NCBI GenBank assembly: GCA_050250375.1
Contig: JBFWOS010000002.1
Coordinates: forward strand, 645,149 to 709,148
Direction: 5' to 3'
DNA from: Candidatus Omnitrophota bacterium
GTDB taxonomy: Bacteria; Omnitrophota; Gorgyraeia; Zapsychrales; Zapsychraceae
DNA length: 64,000 bases
The notes below the pieces were generated by a model. That model made no database searches. It worked only from the letters and a program-made list of their open reading frames with translations, and was not told where the DNA came from. The position numbers and the translations under genes were made by a program. Numbering within the stretch: position 1 is the first letter of the stretch; each line of letters starts with the position of its first letter. Positions 29,463-39,651 of the stretch are shown here, piece by piece.

Positions 29463-30302
29463 CTATTTCTTCCTTATCGTTTTTTCCGGCTGAGGCGGCA
29501 AGAAGTTATCCTTTGAAACAACTCTTTGCCCTGTTTTCTTCTCCAGATCTTTTCTTGCTTTTTTAGCAATGCCGCCGCCTTTTTTACCGGCAACTTTATT
29601 TTCCTCCATGCCGGTAGCCTGAACGCTTTCGGCAATTTGCCGTGTGGATAATTCTGCCAAGGCGGAAAAAATGAGTTCAGCCTCGGTCATATGATCGCGC
29701 AAATTTTGAGTCTTAAGACCTTTCATCTTTTTATGATCTTTGACGCTTAAATCAGACCATTCCTGATGGATGATATTGGTTAAAATGGCAAACTCGTCTT
29801 CCTTTTTGATTTCGTGGTCTTTCCAGTAATCTGTTAATTTATTGCGGGTCTCCTGGCCCATCATTCTCTGCTGAATCCACTTTTTGCTTCTGCCTTGTTT
29901 CTGCCAGTATTCACGCGAACGGTTAAGAGCTTTTTCAGGATCGGTTATTTCCTGCATTCTTTCATAGCCTACCTTTGCAAGCCATAATTTAATCGGTTCT
30001 GCTTTGGGGCTGGGGACAGATTGAACTAAACGAAGGATAGTTTCGACATCTGCGGTATCAGTCTTGTAGAATTTCCCATCACTGGACTGCATTTTCAGTT
30101 TGTCACATTTTGTGACAGACTCATTCCCTTCCTTTTTTAAACGGTTTTTAAGGGTAGTCCAATAGCTTTGCGCTTTTTTAAAATCTTTTTGTTCTATCAG
30201 AACCGCAATGATATCAATCACCGAAAAATACCAGGTATCGGTTTTCTCATCATAAATTCGACGAATTTTATAATTTTCGAACACTTCCAATGTGTTTTTC
30301 AT
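29463..30302 (-). CDS. Bro-N domain / phage antirepressor-like protein
   Basis: IRRIYD..WYFSVIDII..YW..LK.RL..DGKFYKTD..LVQSVPSPKAEP.KLWLA..NLRDHM. Confidence 0.85.
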   Translation of the reverse strand: MKNTLEVFENYKIRRIYDEKTDTWYFSVIDIIAVLIEQKDFKKAQSYWTTLKNRLKKEGNESVTKCDKLKMQSSDGKFYKTDTADVETILRLVQSVPSPKAEPIKLWLAKVGYERMQEITDPEKALNRSREYWQKQGRSKKWIQQRMMGQETRNKLTDYWKDHEIKKEDEFAILTNIIHQEWSDLSVKDHKKMKGLKTQNLRDHMTEAELIFSALAELSTRQIAESVQATGMEENKVAGKKGGGIAKKARKDLEKKTGQRVVSKDNFLPPQPEKTIRKK

Positions 30303-30427
30303 TGCCTTATTTCCTGTTTAGATCTTACCATTTCGATATCTATAAACATTCTCACTAATTTCCAACACCGCTCATAAGTCTCACAAAGATTTTTTATTTG
30401 TACTTTGATCAATCATGGATCGTTCCG

Positions 30428-31048
30428 TTAATAACCCGAAAGACTTACGCCCTGTTGTTCAATCGTTTCCAATAAACCACGGACCCTGACCCGGCGCGCA
30501 TTGTCTTGACAGGTGGACATTACCGAATTGTAATACGCGGCCATTTCCTTATTATCCTTGGTCTTTTGGAAGATGGCGCGTCTTAAACCTTTGATTTTCG
30601 CAATCAGGTCTTCAGCATTGTAATCGCCGGGCAGGGGTTCGCTGTATTCCCCCAGTTTTTGCACGCAAGGCCGTAATGTCTCCTTGACCTTTTCGTCCCA
30701 CACATCAGACTCATCCTCAGAAAACCCGAGCTGCTTCAAACAATACTGCCTGTAATTTTTTAGGTCGCTGCAGTCTTTCGCCGTCAATGTTGTCACTTTT
30801 TTAACATAGTCGATGCATTGGCTGATGGATTGCCAGAGATTCAAATAATTGCAGGGCTTCAAAGACTTTTCTTCTTCAGCCAATTCCACGTAACACCAGC
30901 TGCGCTCTTCATCATCCTCGATGAGATCACACCGGTTCACCAGGCCGGCCTGCGCCCAGCTCAGGTGAGGCGTAAACAACAAAAATAAAATGGGTAACCC
31001 CGTCCAAAACGGCTGATATTTTACAGATTTTTTGTGTGTATCCATCAT
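30428..31048 (-). CDS. Exported Cys-rich hypothetical protein
   Basis: Signal-like segment, several Cys; ATG directly downstream of the R2 promoter. Confidence 0.65.
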   Translation of the reverse strand: MMDTHKKSVKYQPFWTGLPILFLLFTPHLSWAQAGLVNRCDLIEDDEERSWCYVELAEEEKSLKPCNYLNLWQSISQCIDYVKKVTTLTAKDCSDLKNYRQYCLKQLGFSEDESDVWDEKVKETLRPCVQKLGEYSEPLPGDYNAEDLIAKIKGLRRAIFQKTKDNKEMAAYYNSVMSTCQDNARRVRVRGLLETIEQQGVSLSGY

Positions 31049-31062
31049 AGGGTTAATCCAAC

Positions 31063-31187
31063 AAGGCTTCTTATTAAACGGCAATTATACACCTTATCAG
31101 ATATTCACGCAAGGCGGGTTTTGGAAGGAATGAGACAACCGTTATTTTAGTGGAAACAGGCTGGAAAACATTGTTTTAGGAGAAACG
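31063..31187. repeat. Long non-coding direct repeat, copy R2
   Basis: Aligns with R1, R3 and R4. Confidence 0.95.
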
Positions 31188-31245
31188 GTACTTTTTTCCC
31201 AATATGTTATGACAAACTTTGGAAGTTGGTCAACGGTGGGTAGAA

Positions 31246-32031
31246 TCACCCAACATCATTGAGGAGTGACCAGTAAACGATGTGGTTCAACCATGATCGG
31301 GGAATTATCGGGTGTAGGTGATACAGCACCCGGTTGGAAAGTCCTGGAATGATGAGGGTGCGGCGTTTTTTCATGCCGTTGTAAGCTGTACGAACCAATT
31401 CAGAAGCCAAAGGCATTTGTCGATAACGTGCTTGACTATAGCTTCCATCAAAGGCCCTTTCCTGGAATTCTGATCGAAAACGCCCCGGACAAAAACTGCT
31501 TACGCAGACACCGGAATTTCGCAATTCATAGGCCAGAGATCTTGAAAATGATAACATACAGGCTTTGCTGGCGAAATATTCGGCTTCCAAAGGACCTGGC
31601 AAAAATGCGGCCATCGAAGCGACGTTTAAGATATGTCCGCTTTTTCTTTTTTTCATCTCCGGAATGAATACATGACATAATTCCATTGCGGTAATGACGT
31701 TGACCTGCATCATTTTATGGATTTGAGAAAAATCGCTTACTACAAATTCGCCAAAGGATCCAAATCCGGCATTGTTGACAAGAACGTCGACCGTAACGCC
31801 AGTGCTTTTGAGTTCCTGTGCAATTTCAAAGGATGCCCCGGGTTGGCTCAAATCTTTAACAAGAATTTCGACATTTAACTTGTTTTTAAGCAGAAGCTCC
31901 TGTTTTATCTCTTTCAGGCGCTCTTGACGACGGGCAATAAGAATCAGGTCGTGCCCTTTTTCTGCAAAAATGCGGGCTAAATCCAAACCCAACCCGCTGG
32001 ATGCTCCGGTTATTAGGGCCGTTTTACGCAT
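31246..32031 (-). CDS. Short-chain dehydrogenase/reductase
   Basis: TGASSGLG, NNAGFG, YFASK. Confidence 0.9.
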   Translation of the reverse strand: MRKTALITGASSGLGLDLARIFAEKGHDLILIARRQERLKEIKQELLLKNKLNVEILVKDLSQPGASFEIAQELKSTGVTVDVLVNNAGFGSFGEFVVSDFSQIHKMMQVNVITAMELCHVFIPEMKKRKSGHILNVASMAAFLPGPLEAEYFASKACMLSFSRSLAYELRNSGVCVSSFCPGRFRSEFQERAFDGSYSQARYRQMPLASELVRTAYNGMKKRRTLIIPGLSNRVLYHLHPIIPRSWLNHIVYWSLLNDVG

Positions 32032-32791
32032 AGGCCCTGAAATGAACAACTGTTTCACTCATATACGTGAACATCTCGATATTTTTCAGGCCGCAGTTTT
32101 CGAGAATTGTTTTCAATTCCTCCGGCGGCGGAAAACATTTATTTGATTCCGGAAGATATTGAAAAGAATTAAACTCTCCCCGATGAAAAATATGTTTTCC
32201 CAAAAAAGGCAATACATTCTCAAAGTAAGCCCGGTAAAGAAACGTTTTGACCGGGCCCGTTGGCTTGCCTAAATCAATGATGTTTATGACTCCCCCGGGT
32301 TTGACAACCCGTTTCATTTCTTTGATGCCTTGAACAGGGTCCATTAAATTGCGTAGTCCATAACTCATAAAGACCGCATCAAACATCTTATCTTCAAATT
32401 TTAGCGCTTGAGCATCGGAAATTTTAAACTCAATACTGCTGTTTGCTTTGGCCCTCATCTGTGCGATATCGAGCATTTTCTCGGCGACATCAACGCCGAT
32501 GACATGAGAGCGGGGAAATATTTCTGCAATCAAAAAAGCGATATCCCCTGTTCCGGTGCAAATGTCCAGAACAAGATCGCCGTTTTGAATCCCCGAACAT
32601 CGCACCGCATGTGTTTTGTAGCGGTCTTGCAGGCCGAACGTCAGCACTTGATTCAGAGTGTCGTATTTTGGAGCAAGGCCGTTAAAAAATTTACGGTTAT
32701 ATTCGGCCCAGTTTTTTGCTGTAAAATATTTGCGAAAACCCACCTGATCGATCAATTTGTTTTTATCCATTAGATCAAACGACGTATTCAT
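32024..32791 (-). CDS. UbiE/MenG-like SAM methyltransferase
   Basis: APKYDTLN, LDICTGTGD, YGLRNL, RVVKPGG, YLPES. Confidence 0.88.
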   Translation of the reverse strand: MNTSFDLMDKNKLIDQVGFRKYFTAKNWAEYNRKFFNGLAPKYDTLNQVLTFGLQDRYKTHAVRCSGIQNGDLVLDICTGTGDIAFLIAEIFPRSHVIGVDVAEKMLDIAQMRAKANSSIEFKISDAQALKFEDKMFDAVFMSYGLRNLMDPVQGIKEMKRVVKPGGVINIIDLGKPTGPVKTFLYRAYFENVLPFLGKHIFHRGEFNSFQYLPESNKCFPPPEELKTILENCGLKNIEMFTYMSETVVHFRAYA

Positions 32792-33878
32792 ACTGTTTCT
32801 CTCCTTTCACCTGATTTTTTACTTTTGCGTCCTGCCATTCGGCCAAGCAACCGAACGCTGTCAACCCGGCACCAAATGCAAAGATACCGACCTGATCGCT
32901 GTCTTGGCATGTATTTTGTGCCAGGATATCTTTGAGGACATACAACACACTCGGGGACGACATGTTTCCGTAACGGGCGAGTACCGAACGTGAATAATCA
33001 AACGTATCCGGTTCAAACGGGTGGATTGATTCAATCGCATCAAGAATCGCACGTCCTCCCGGATGAACGGCAAGATAATCAAGATCCAATGTAAAATCTC
33101 GCGTTAATTTTTTATAAACCTGATAAAAAGCGGAAGCGGCTAATCCCGGGACCTCTTTTTTTAAGACATTCATTAAGCGGCCATTTTTTGTCACGTAGCG
33201 CAGGTCATCACGGTATTGCGGCCAAAGGATGGACTGGAATTCTTTGATCAGCAAACCGGTTGAGCGTTCTTTGTTTGTCATTAGGCAGGCCGCCGCTCCG
33301 TCACCAAAAATGGAATTGGAAATGATCAAGTCAAGATTTTCGCTCCAATATGATGTTGCTGTACAAATCTCCACCGCTAAGACAATGACATTGGCATGCG
33401 GGTGAGTGTTGAGATACTGCCAGGCCGATTTCATTCCCGGTACGGCCGCCCCGCAACCTGTTCCAACTATATCAAGCGCGTAAATATTTTCTTTTAATCC
33501 GGCGGCCTGGGAAATATAAGAAGTCAATCCCGGGCAAAGGTAACCTGTGCAAGTCGTAATGACAATACCGTCAATGTCATCTGGAATCAGTCCTGTTTGA
33601 TCAAGTAAACGTCTGACGGCCTCTGTTCCAAGTTTAGTCGCCTGAACCTGAAAACGATGGATGGCCTCGTCCTGAGTTTCCTCAAATAATTTTTCCGGCT
33701 CATCATCAATAGCCACATAGCGGGTATGTATGGACGGCTCGGCAAGAAATTTGCTGTAAAGCCGTTTTTCCTTCTTAGAACGCAACGGTGAGTTAAGGAT
33801 TCGCTCAAGAATAGCTTTTTGAGTTAACTTCAGAGGCGGGTTAGCGGTGGCAATATCGACCAATTTAACGGAAACCAT
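32775..33878 (-). CDS. Type III polyketide synthase
   Basis: TCTG, GTGC (Cys), FGDGAAA, HPGG (His), YGNMSS (Asn). Confidence 0.92.
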   Translation of the reverse strand: MVSVKLVDIATANPPLKLTQKAILERILNSPLRSKKEKRLYSKFLAEPSIHTRYVAIDDEPEKLFEETQDEAIHRFQVQATKLGTEAVRRLLDQTGLIPDDIDGIVITTCTGYLCPGLTSYISQAAGLKENIYALDIVGTGCGAAVPGMKSAWQYLNTHPHANVIVLAVEICTATSYWSENLDLIISNSIFGDGAAACLMTNKERSTGLLIKEFQSILWPQYRDDLRYVTKNGRLMNVLKKEVPGLAASAFYQVYKKLTRDFTLDLDYLAVHPGGRAILDAIESIHPFEPDTFDYSRSVLARYGNMSSPSVLYVLKDILAQNTCQDSDQVGIFAFGAGLTAFGCLAEWQDAKVKNQVKGEKQYEYVV

Positions 33879-35037
33879 AAGGACTCCTTTGCGACGTAAA
33901 AGCAGATGATTGATGAAATGTGTTAAATAAACTGTTTATATTTTTCTCGCGCCACTTAAGCACGCGGATAATCATGTTAGATGCATTCTTGTCGTGGCCG
34001 ATTGACCCGATCATTTTTGATAAACGGATCGGCCAGGCAAAACGACGTTTGAATGTTTTTTCATAAACACGGGCTACGGATGACCGGTCAACCTCCCCCG
34101 GACGGGTAGAACCGAGCAGGCCTCCTAAAAGGATGCCGCTATTTAAAGCCAAAGAAATGCCGCCTCCTGCAACAGGATGAATCAAAGCCGCAGCGTCACC
34201 GACATAAAAGGCGTTTCCATCGAAAAACCGGCTGCGGCGATTCATATCAACGAAAATCCCCTTCCATGGGCTGAGCAGACGGGACGAACCCATCTGCCGG
34301 CTTAAACACGGATTGGAGGAAAGTAAGTGAGACCAAATATTTTCGTACTTCCCCTTCAGCTGTTTAAAAAGAGAACCTTTAATGACATAACAGACGTTTA
34401 CGGCATTATTTTCAAAACGGTTAATGCCGACATGTCCCCGATCGATAAAGTGCATAATCACATCACTGCCCATATTTTGGCACGAATCAAACAGGCCAAA
34501 GACGCCAAACAACCGTGATGGGGAATTCTGTAATCCGGTTTCAGGAATGCCGCCATTGGCATAAATAAGATGCCGGACTTTGATGTCGTTTTGTATTGCA
34601 GCCTTTGATTTGGTAAGTGTCAATTGACACATCTGTGGCGTATGAACGATGTTTTTCGCCACGCACGCATCTTCAAAGATAACTCCCAAGCTTTTGGCTT
34701 TTTGAACCATGATGTCATCTAAAGATTTGCGGCTGAACCCTAAACCTGAATGGGAATTACTGTCGGTAAGTAATGGCACCCGGATGAATTGTCCATTGGA
34801 CGCACTTAAATGGACGTGTGTCACTTCCAGGGCCCCTTTCTCCATGATTTCGTCAAGGATACCGTAACGCACAAAGATAGACCTATTCTCAGGGCCAATA
34901 AAACCTCCGCACACTTTGTCTCTCGGAAAAGATGATTTTTCGATTAAAACGACTTTCCATCCTTTCGATGCCAACTCCATCGATGTCGCGAGCCCTGCCG
35001 GGCCGGCACCAATAATAGCCGCGTCGTAATAGTTCAT
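33865..35037 (-). CDS. FAD-dependent oxidoreductase (geranylgeranyl reductase/monooxygenase family)
   Basis: IGAGPAG, FPRDKVCG, VGDAA..HPVAGGGI. Confidence 0.85.
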   Translation of the reverse strand: MNYYDAAIIGAGPAGLATSMELASKGWKVVLIEKSSFPRDKVCGGFIGPENRSIFVRYGILDEIMEKGALEVTHVHLSASNGQFIRVPLLTDSNSHSGLGFSRKSLDDIMVQKAKSLGVIFEDACVAKNIVHTPQMCQLTLTKSKAAIQNDIKVRHLIYANGGIPETGLQNSPSRLFGVFGLFDSCQNMGSDVIMHFIDRGHVGINRFENNAVNVCYVIKGSLFKQLKGKYENIWSHLLSSNPCLSRQMGSSRLLSPWKGIFVDMNRRSRFFDGNAFYVGDAAALIHPVAGGGISLALNSGILLGGLLGSTRPGEVDRSSVARVYEKTFKRRFAWPIRLSKMIGSIGHDKNASNMIIRVLKWREKNINSLFNTFHQSSAFTSQRSPYGFR

Positions 35038-35624
35038 GATGAAATCTCTTTAAGAAGCGACTGAAAGTGTATATGGACGGTGTCAAACACCCGGATTAAC
35101 ATCAAAACAGACGGCGGTTTGAGATTTAACGCCTTCAGGCTTAAATCGACGTCTCCGCTCAGCACAATTCCCTCTTCTGTTTCCGCAATCACAACAGGTA
35201 TTTCAATATTCTGTGATTGATCTTTAATGGTCAGCTGTCCTTTTAAAACATAGCTTCGTGGGCGGCTGTCCTTTGATGCCTGGGGCATCACCGTAGAGAA
35301 AGAATAACGGATGTCAGGAAAATGTTTGCTATCGAACATCAAGAACATTTGTTCGTCGCGCTTTTCATTCTGTGTATCCAGGGAAGATGTTTCAACATGA
35401 ACATCCCCTGATTCAAGAAAATGGTCTGATTCAGAATCTGTCTGAAATGTCCCTTTAAATCGGTGCGCCTTTCCTTCAACCTCGTGCAGTGTGGAGCGGA
35501 AGGAAAACTTAATGAGGCTTTGGCTCGTATCAATGGCATAAGTCGTCTGGTCAGCCATAACCGGCTTCAAAAACATGATTCCTGAAAGAGTGATAATGCC
35601 GAATACGATAAAGATGTTTTTCAT
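35034..35624 (-). CDS. YceI family lipid/polyisoprenoid-binding protein
   Basis: Signal peptide, IDTSQSLIKF, SLDTQNEKRD, FPDI, GQLTIK; AAGGAGG SD. Confidence 0.88.
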   Translation of the reverse strand: MKNIFIVFGIITLSGIMFLKPVMADQTTYAIDTSQSLIKFSFRSTLHEVEGKAHRFKGTFQTDSESDHFLESGDVHVETSSLDTQNEKRDEQMFLMFDSKHFPDIRYSFSTVMPQASKDSRPRSYVLKGQLTIKDQSQNIEIPVVIAETEEGIVLSGDVDLSLKALNLKPPSVLMLIRVFDTVHIHFQSLLKEISS

Positions 35625-35735
35625 GGTGGTCCTCCTTAAAGGGATAGTATGCCTGAGTAAATCCAACAAATCACCCGGAGAATAGCGATCGGCCTGAAAA
35701 AACAATGAAAAAAATGTCACTGGAAGGAAGAATCC

Positions 35736-35752
35736 CGCAAATTTTTGCAGGG
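35736..35752. promoter_or_regulatory. Putative Fis/NtrC-type HTH binding palindrome upstream of yceI
   Basis: ccGCAAAA-t-TTTTGCag between the regulator and the PKS operon. Confidence 0.4.
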
Positions 35753-35776
35753 TGACGTTCAGGAGAGAATTTTTGT

Positions 35777-36331
35777 TTAGGAAATTCCGTACTTTTTCAG
35801 TTTATACCATAAGGTCCGTTCGGAAATTTTCAACAGTTTCGCGGCTTGAGCCTTGACATGGCCGGATTGTTCGAGGGCTTTGATGATCAATTCTTTTTCC
35901 CGCTGAGAAACACCTTCATCAAGCGATAGTAAAGGCTGTGTTGCGGTACCGGGTTGGGGATATTTTTGCAGGATTTCACGGATTAACTTTTCTAAATCAT
36001 CAACCGTAAAAGGCTTCTGAATATAATCATCCGCCCCGTGCTTAAGCGATTTTACAGCCGTATCAACATCCGAATGCGCGGTCATCACGATAATGGGCAG
36101 GTCAATGTTCAGGCGTTCCAATTCGTAGATCAGTTCAACGCCGGACATCCCAGGCAACCGTATATCGGTCAGCAGAATATCGACCGCTTTATTGAAGATA
36201 ATATCCAAGGCTTCTTCTGCTGTCGTCGCTGTCAGAACGTTAAACCCCAGAGGCTTAAATCCGAGGCGCAAGACGCGTAAAAGCCGCTCTTCGTCATCAA
36301 CAATCAATAAATTAACTACCGGCTGAGACAT
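35777..36331 (-). CDS. Response regulator: REC plus Fis-type HTH, no AAA+ domain
   Basis: LIVDDE, TDIRLPG, MTAH, KPF, then KAQAAKLLKISERTLWYKLKKY. Confidence 0.88.
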   Translation of the reverse strand: MSQPVVNLLIVDDEERLLRVLRLGFKPLGFNVLTATTAEEALDIIFNKAVDILLTDIRLPGMSGVELIYELERLNIDLPIIVMTAHSDVDTAVKSLKHGADDYIQKPFTVDDLEKLIREILQKYPQPGTATQPLLSLDEGVSQREKELIIKALEQSGHVKAQAAKLLKISERTLWYKLKKYGIS

Positions 36332-37634
36332 TGGAATTTTCCTTGGCTTTTTTAAATAATAAGGTGACCGTTGTTCCTTTTTCCGGGATCGACGTAAGCG
36401 CAATATGCCCCTTATTATTTTCGACAATTTTCTTGGCGACGAAGAGTCCAAGACCAGAACCATTTTCTTTTGTTGTTACAAATGGGTCAAAGACTTTATT
36501 GATGATCTTAGGATCGATGCCGCGGCCTGAATCACTGATAATTATTTCATAGATTCCTTTATTTGCAGAAGTTGTGATGGTGACCTCTTTGTCCGGACGG
36601 GAAGCTTGGATGGCGTTAAGGATGATGTTGATCAAGACTTGTTTCAATTGATCTCGGTCGCATAATATCCGCTGGCCGGCCGCTTTATTGGAGAACAGAA
36701 GGCGCACGCTGTGTTTTTTGCCAACCCCAACTAAGAGCTGAATAACCTGTTGAATGGTTTCGGCAGGATCTTCATCCGGTATGATTTTTTTCGCAGTTAT
36801 ATTTAATTGAAGGAGTTGGTCAATCAGACCATTAATTCGATCCGCCTCTTCGATCAGATATCCTGAAATCTCATACTCCTCGGAATCAGCAGGAAGTTTT
36901 TTCTTAATAACAGAGGCCGATGATTTAATGATACTCAGCGGATTACGAATTTCATGGGAAAGACTTTGGGCTATGAGGCCAATAGTCTGATTCTTTTCAT
37001 TGTTAATTAGGGACAGGGTATTTTTGTTGATCACGTGAATAAACCAGGTCGCCACTCCGGTCAGAAAAAGGAGAAAAACGACGGTCATGATTGTCATCGG
37101 GAGCAGGATTTGCTGTTTTGTTTCTTCCGCAGAGTTCGCGGCCTCGCCTATTTCCTGGATATAAAAACCTTGTAAGTTCATCGAAGCCAGGCGCATGGAC
37201 TGTAATTGTTGAATGACATGTTGTTTGAACGCAATTGAAGCAGAGGGTGCCTTAAGAGTTTCCAAGAGGATCTGGAAGTTATCAGCAATTTTCAGGTAAT
37301 CTTTATTTTCCGCGATGCTGTGGCTTGCTTCTTCATACTCTTCCAAACGGACGGAAGACTGCCGTATTTCATCCAATTCTTGTGATAATTGTTCCAAGGT
37401 GGCTAAATCGATCTTTTCCAGGGGCGCATTATTTTCAAGTTGCGATATGTCAGCGATAATTTCTTCTGTTTCATTGATAAAAGCGGTTACAACCTTAAGC
37501 TCCCTCCATTCTTCATCCAGACGTTGATGGGCGGTGTTCATCGCGAAGATTCTATTAAAAATAACACCCGCGCCGATTACGACAAATAAAAGAATGATGA
37601 AAATATATAATCTGACCTGGTGAGTTAGCTTCAT
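36312..37634 (-). CDS. Sensor histidine kinase (NtrB-like)
   Basis: Two TM helices, SHEIRNPL, NAIQA, DSGRG, PFVTTK, GSGLGL. Confidence 0.93.
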   Translation of the reverse strand: MKLTHQVRLYIFIILLFVVIGAGVIFNRIFAMNTAHQRLDEEWRELKVVTAFINETEEIIADISQLENNAPLEKIDLATLEQLSQELDEIRQSSVRLEEYEEASHSIAENKDYLKIADNFQILLETLKAPSASIAFKQHVIQQLQSMRLASMNLQGFYIQEIGEAANSAEETKQQILLPMTIMTVVFLLFLTGVATWFIHVINKNTLSLINNEKNQTIGLIAQSLSHEIRNPLSIIKSSASVIKKKLPADSEEYEISGYLIEEADRINGLIDQLLQLNITAKKIIPDEDPAETIQQVIQLLVGVGKKHSVRLLFSNKAAGQRILCDRDQLKQVLINIILNAIQASRPDKEVTITTSANKGIYEIIISDSGRGIDPKIINKVFDPFVTTKENGSGLGLFVAKKIVENNKGHIALTSIPEKGTTVTLLFKKAKENSNVSAGS

Positions 37635-37808
37635 AAAGAATTAGAATCATTTTTGTATTAGAGGGATACAATTGGCCTTAATTAATTCCCTGCTCGATTG
37701 GCGCTTCAGTGATATTTTCTTTTACTATTCTTTTTTGCAACCATCGGGCGCACATCTTCACAATAAAAATTGCTTTTTCGGGTGTGTCGTTCATAGGGGC
37801 AATTCACG

Positions 37809-37935
37809 AAGGCTTCTTATTAAACGGCAATTATACACCTTATCAGATATTCACGCAAGGCGGGTTTTGGAAGGAATGTTAAGACCGTTATTTTAGTGGA
37901 AACAGACTGGAAAGTATTTATTTAAGAGAAACGAC
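37809..37935. repeat. Long non-coding direct repeat, copy R3
   Basis: Aligns with R1, R2 and R4. Confidence 0.95.
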
Positions 37936-37974
37936 TTTCCTGTCCCGCGTAAAGCCTGACAAGACTGCCAATCC

Positions 37975-37994
37975 ACATTAACCCGAGTTAATGT
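37975..37994. promoter_or_regulatory. Palindromic operator candidate upstream of the glucan operon
   Basis: ACATTAAC-ccga-GTTAATGT perfect 8-bp arms. Confidence 0.45.
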
Positions 37995-38069
37995 TTCTTT
38001 AATCTTAATTTAATACACAATCTGTTAATATCTCGCAAGGGTTGAGCATTACTCGGAAGGTGTAGGCCT

Positions 38070-38762
38070 ATGAGACAAAAAATTCGGATGTGGCCTTGGA
38101 TGATTGTCGGGATACTGATTGTGGTTGATACCTATCTGGTCTTTGAAACGACGCATACATTCTATAAACACTATCATATAGGCCGGCGTCTTTATGATGA
38201 AGGGAAATATTCCCAGGCCCTGCCTCATCTTTTAGGAGCTTATCGTATGAGCCCGGAGAACAAAAATGTTGGCTGGAAACTGATTTCGGCTTTCCAGCAG
38301 CTTGGACGGGAAGCCGAAGCGCGCCGTGTTCTCGAAAGACTGAGTGCCCGGACTTCGGTAAACCTTGAAGCCATCGAGCAATTGGGCGACATGTCGTATT
38401 CGACGAAGGCATATTCCCTGGCACGCCACCAATATTATCGAATACTACTGCGTAAACCATCTGATGAAATCCGAAAAAAGTATGCCTTGGCGCTTTTCGC
38501 GGAAGAAAACTATGTTGCGGCCCTTCAGCAAATGGACATTCTTTTGGCAAAAAAATCAGATGATTTTGATCTCCGTTTTCAACACGCACAAATCATTGCA
38601 GCTTTGGGAGATCATGATCGGGCGAGTCGCGAACTCAATTCATTAAGGGATGATGGGTACACAAAAAAAGAGGCGCTCATTTTGCTGGCGGACCAGCTCC
38701 GCCATCTCGGACGGGAAGAAGAAGCAATAAAAATATATCGGGAGGTATTCAATGAAAGCTAA
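38070..38762 (+). CDS. Membrane-anchored TPR protein
   Basis: N-terminal TM, TPR helices. Confidence 0.8.
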   Translation: MRQKIRMWPWMIVGILIVVDTYLVFETTHTFYKHYHIGRRLYDEGKYSQALPHLLGAYRMSPENKNVGWKLISAFQQLGREAEARRVLERLSARTSVNLEAIEQLGDMSYSTKAYSLARHQYYRILLRKPSDEIRKKYALALFAEENYVAALQQMDILLAKKSDDFDLRFQHAQIIAALGDHDRASRELNSLRDDGYTKKEALILLADQLRHLGREEEAIKIYREVFNES

Positions 38763-39651
38763 CAGGGCATGGATTGCCGCTGTATCTTCGATCTTTCTAA
38801 TTTTGACCGATTCCGTATCGTTCGGTGAAACAGATCTTACAGTCGAAGACCGGGCAAAGATGGGAGAAATTTATAGTCTGGAACGGCTTCAAAGATACGA
38901 TGAGGTAAAACCGCTTATCGCGGCGCTGCGCAGTCGATATCCTGAGAACAGCGAGATCAAATGGACGCAGGCGCGCATCCTGGGGTTCAGCGGGAGTTGG
39001 GAAGAAGCATCGGGCATTTTTGATGAGTTATGTGCCGATGAGTGTGAAAAAGAAATTGTCGTAACCTACGGGCACATCCTTGAATCGCAGGGCTCCAATC
39101 CCGGAACTTTGTCGCACATCAAGAAATTGGTGGACAGATATCCCGATTATGAAAAACTTCAGTCGATCTATATACAAATTTTATCCTGGAACGGCCAAAA
39201 CCCGGAAGGACGTGCTGCTCTCGAGAAACTCCATGAACAATTCCCGGAAGACCTTAAAATTATCGCTGCCTTGGGAGACGCTGCGTACGCCGCTGAAAAA
39301 TATACGCTTGCAGAGAAATATTATAGACATTTCCTGAGCCAGGAAATGTCTCCGGACGTTCACAATAAGTTCATCAATACACTGATTAGTCAGAAAAAGC
39401 ATGTGGAAGCGATTGAGGAAATGGATCGTTTGCTTCTCGAGGATCCGCAAAATCCGGATTTGCGCCATCAGTATGCCAGGGTCCTCTCCACCGCGGGAAA
39501 GCATGAAGAGGCCGTCAGTGAGTTAAAGACGTTGTTGCAGGAAGGCTATCAGAAAAAAGAGGCGCTGGTCCTGCTTGGCGATGAGCTTCGTTTATTGGGA
39601 CGCAATGATGAAGCTCTAAAGGTCTATCGCGAGGTTACAAATGCGGATTAA
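38752..39651 (+). CDS. Exported TPR protein
   Basis: Signal peptide; C-half paralogous to the upstream gene, N-half paralogous to the downstream gene. Confidence 0.8.
   Translation: MKANRAWIAAVSSIFLILTDSVSFGETDLTVEDRAKMGEIYSLERLQRYDEVKPLIAALRSRYPENSEIKWTQARILGFSGSWEEASGIFDELCADECEKEIVVTYGHILESQGSNPGTLSHIKKLVDRYPDYEKLQSIYIQILSWNGQNPEGRAALEKLHEQFPEDLKIIAALGDAAYAAEKYTLAEKYYRHFLSQEMSPDVHNKFINTLISQKKHVEAIEEMDRLLLEDPQNPDLRHQYARVLSTAGKHEEAVSELKTLLQEGYQKKEALVLLGDELRLLGRNDEALKVYREVTNAD

Noticed and set aside
31191-31220. TTATGACAAAC as a XerD arm beside R2
   Set aside because: No XerC-like partner arm, and it is not conserved in R1, R3 or R4.
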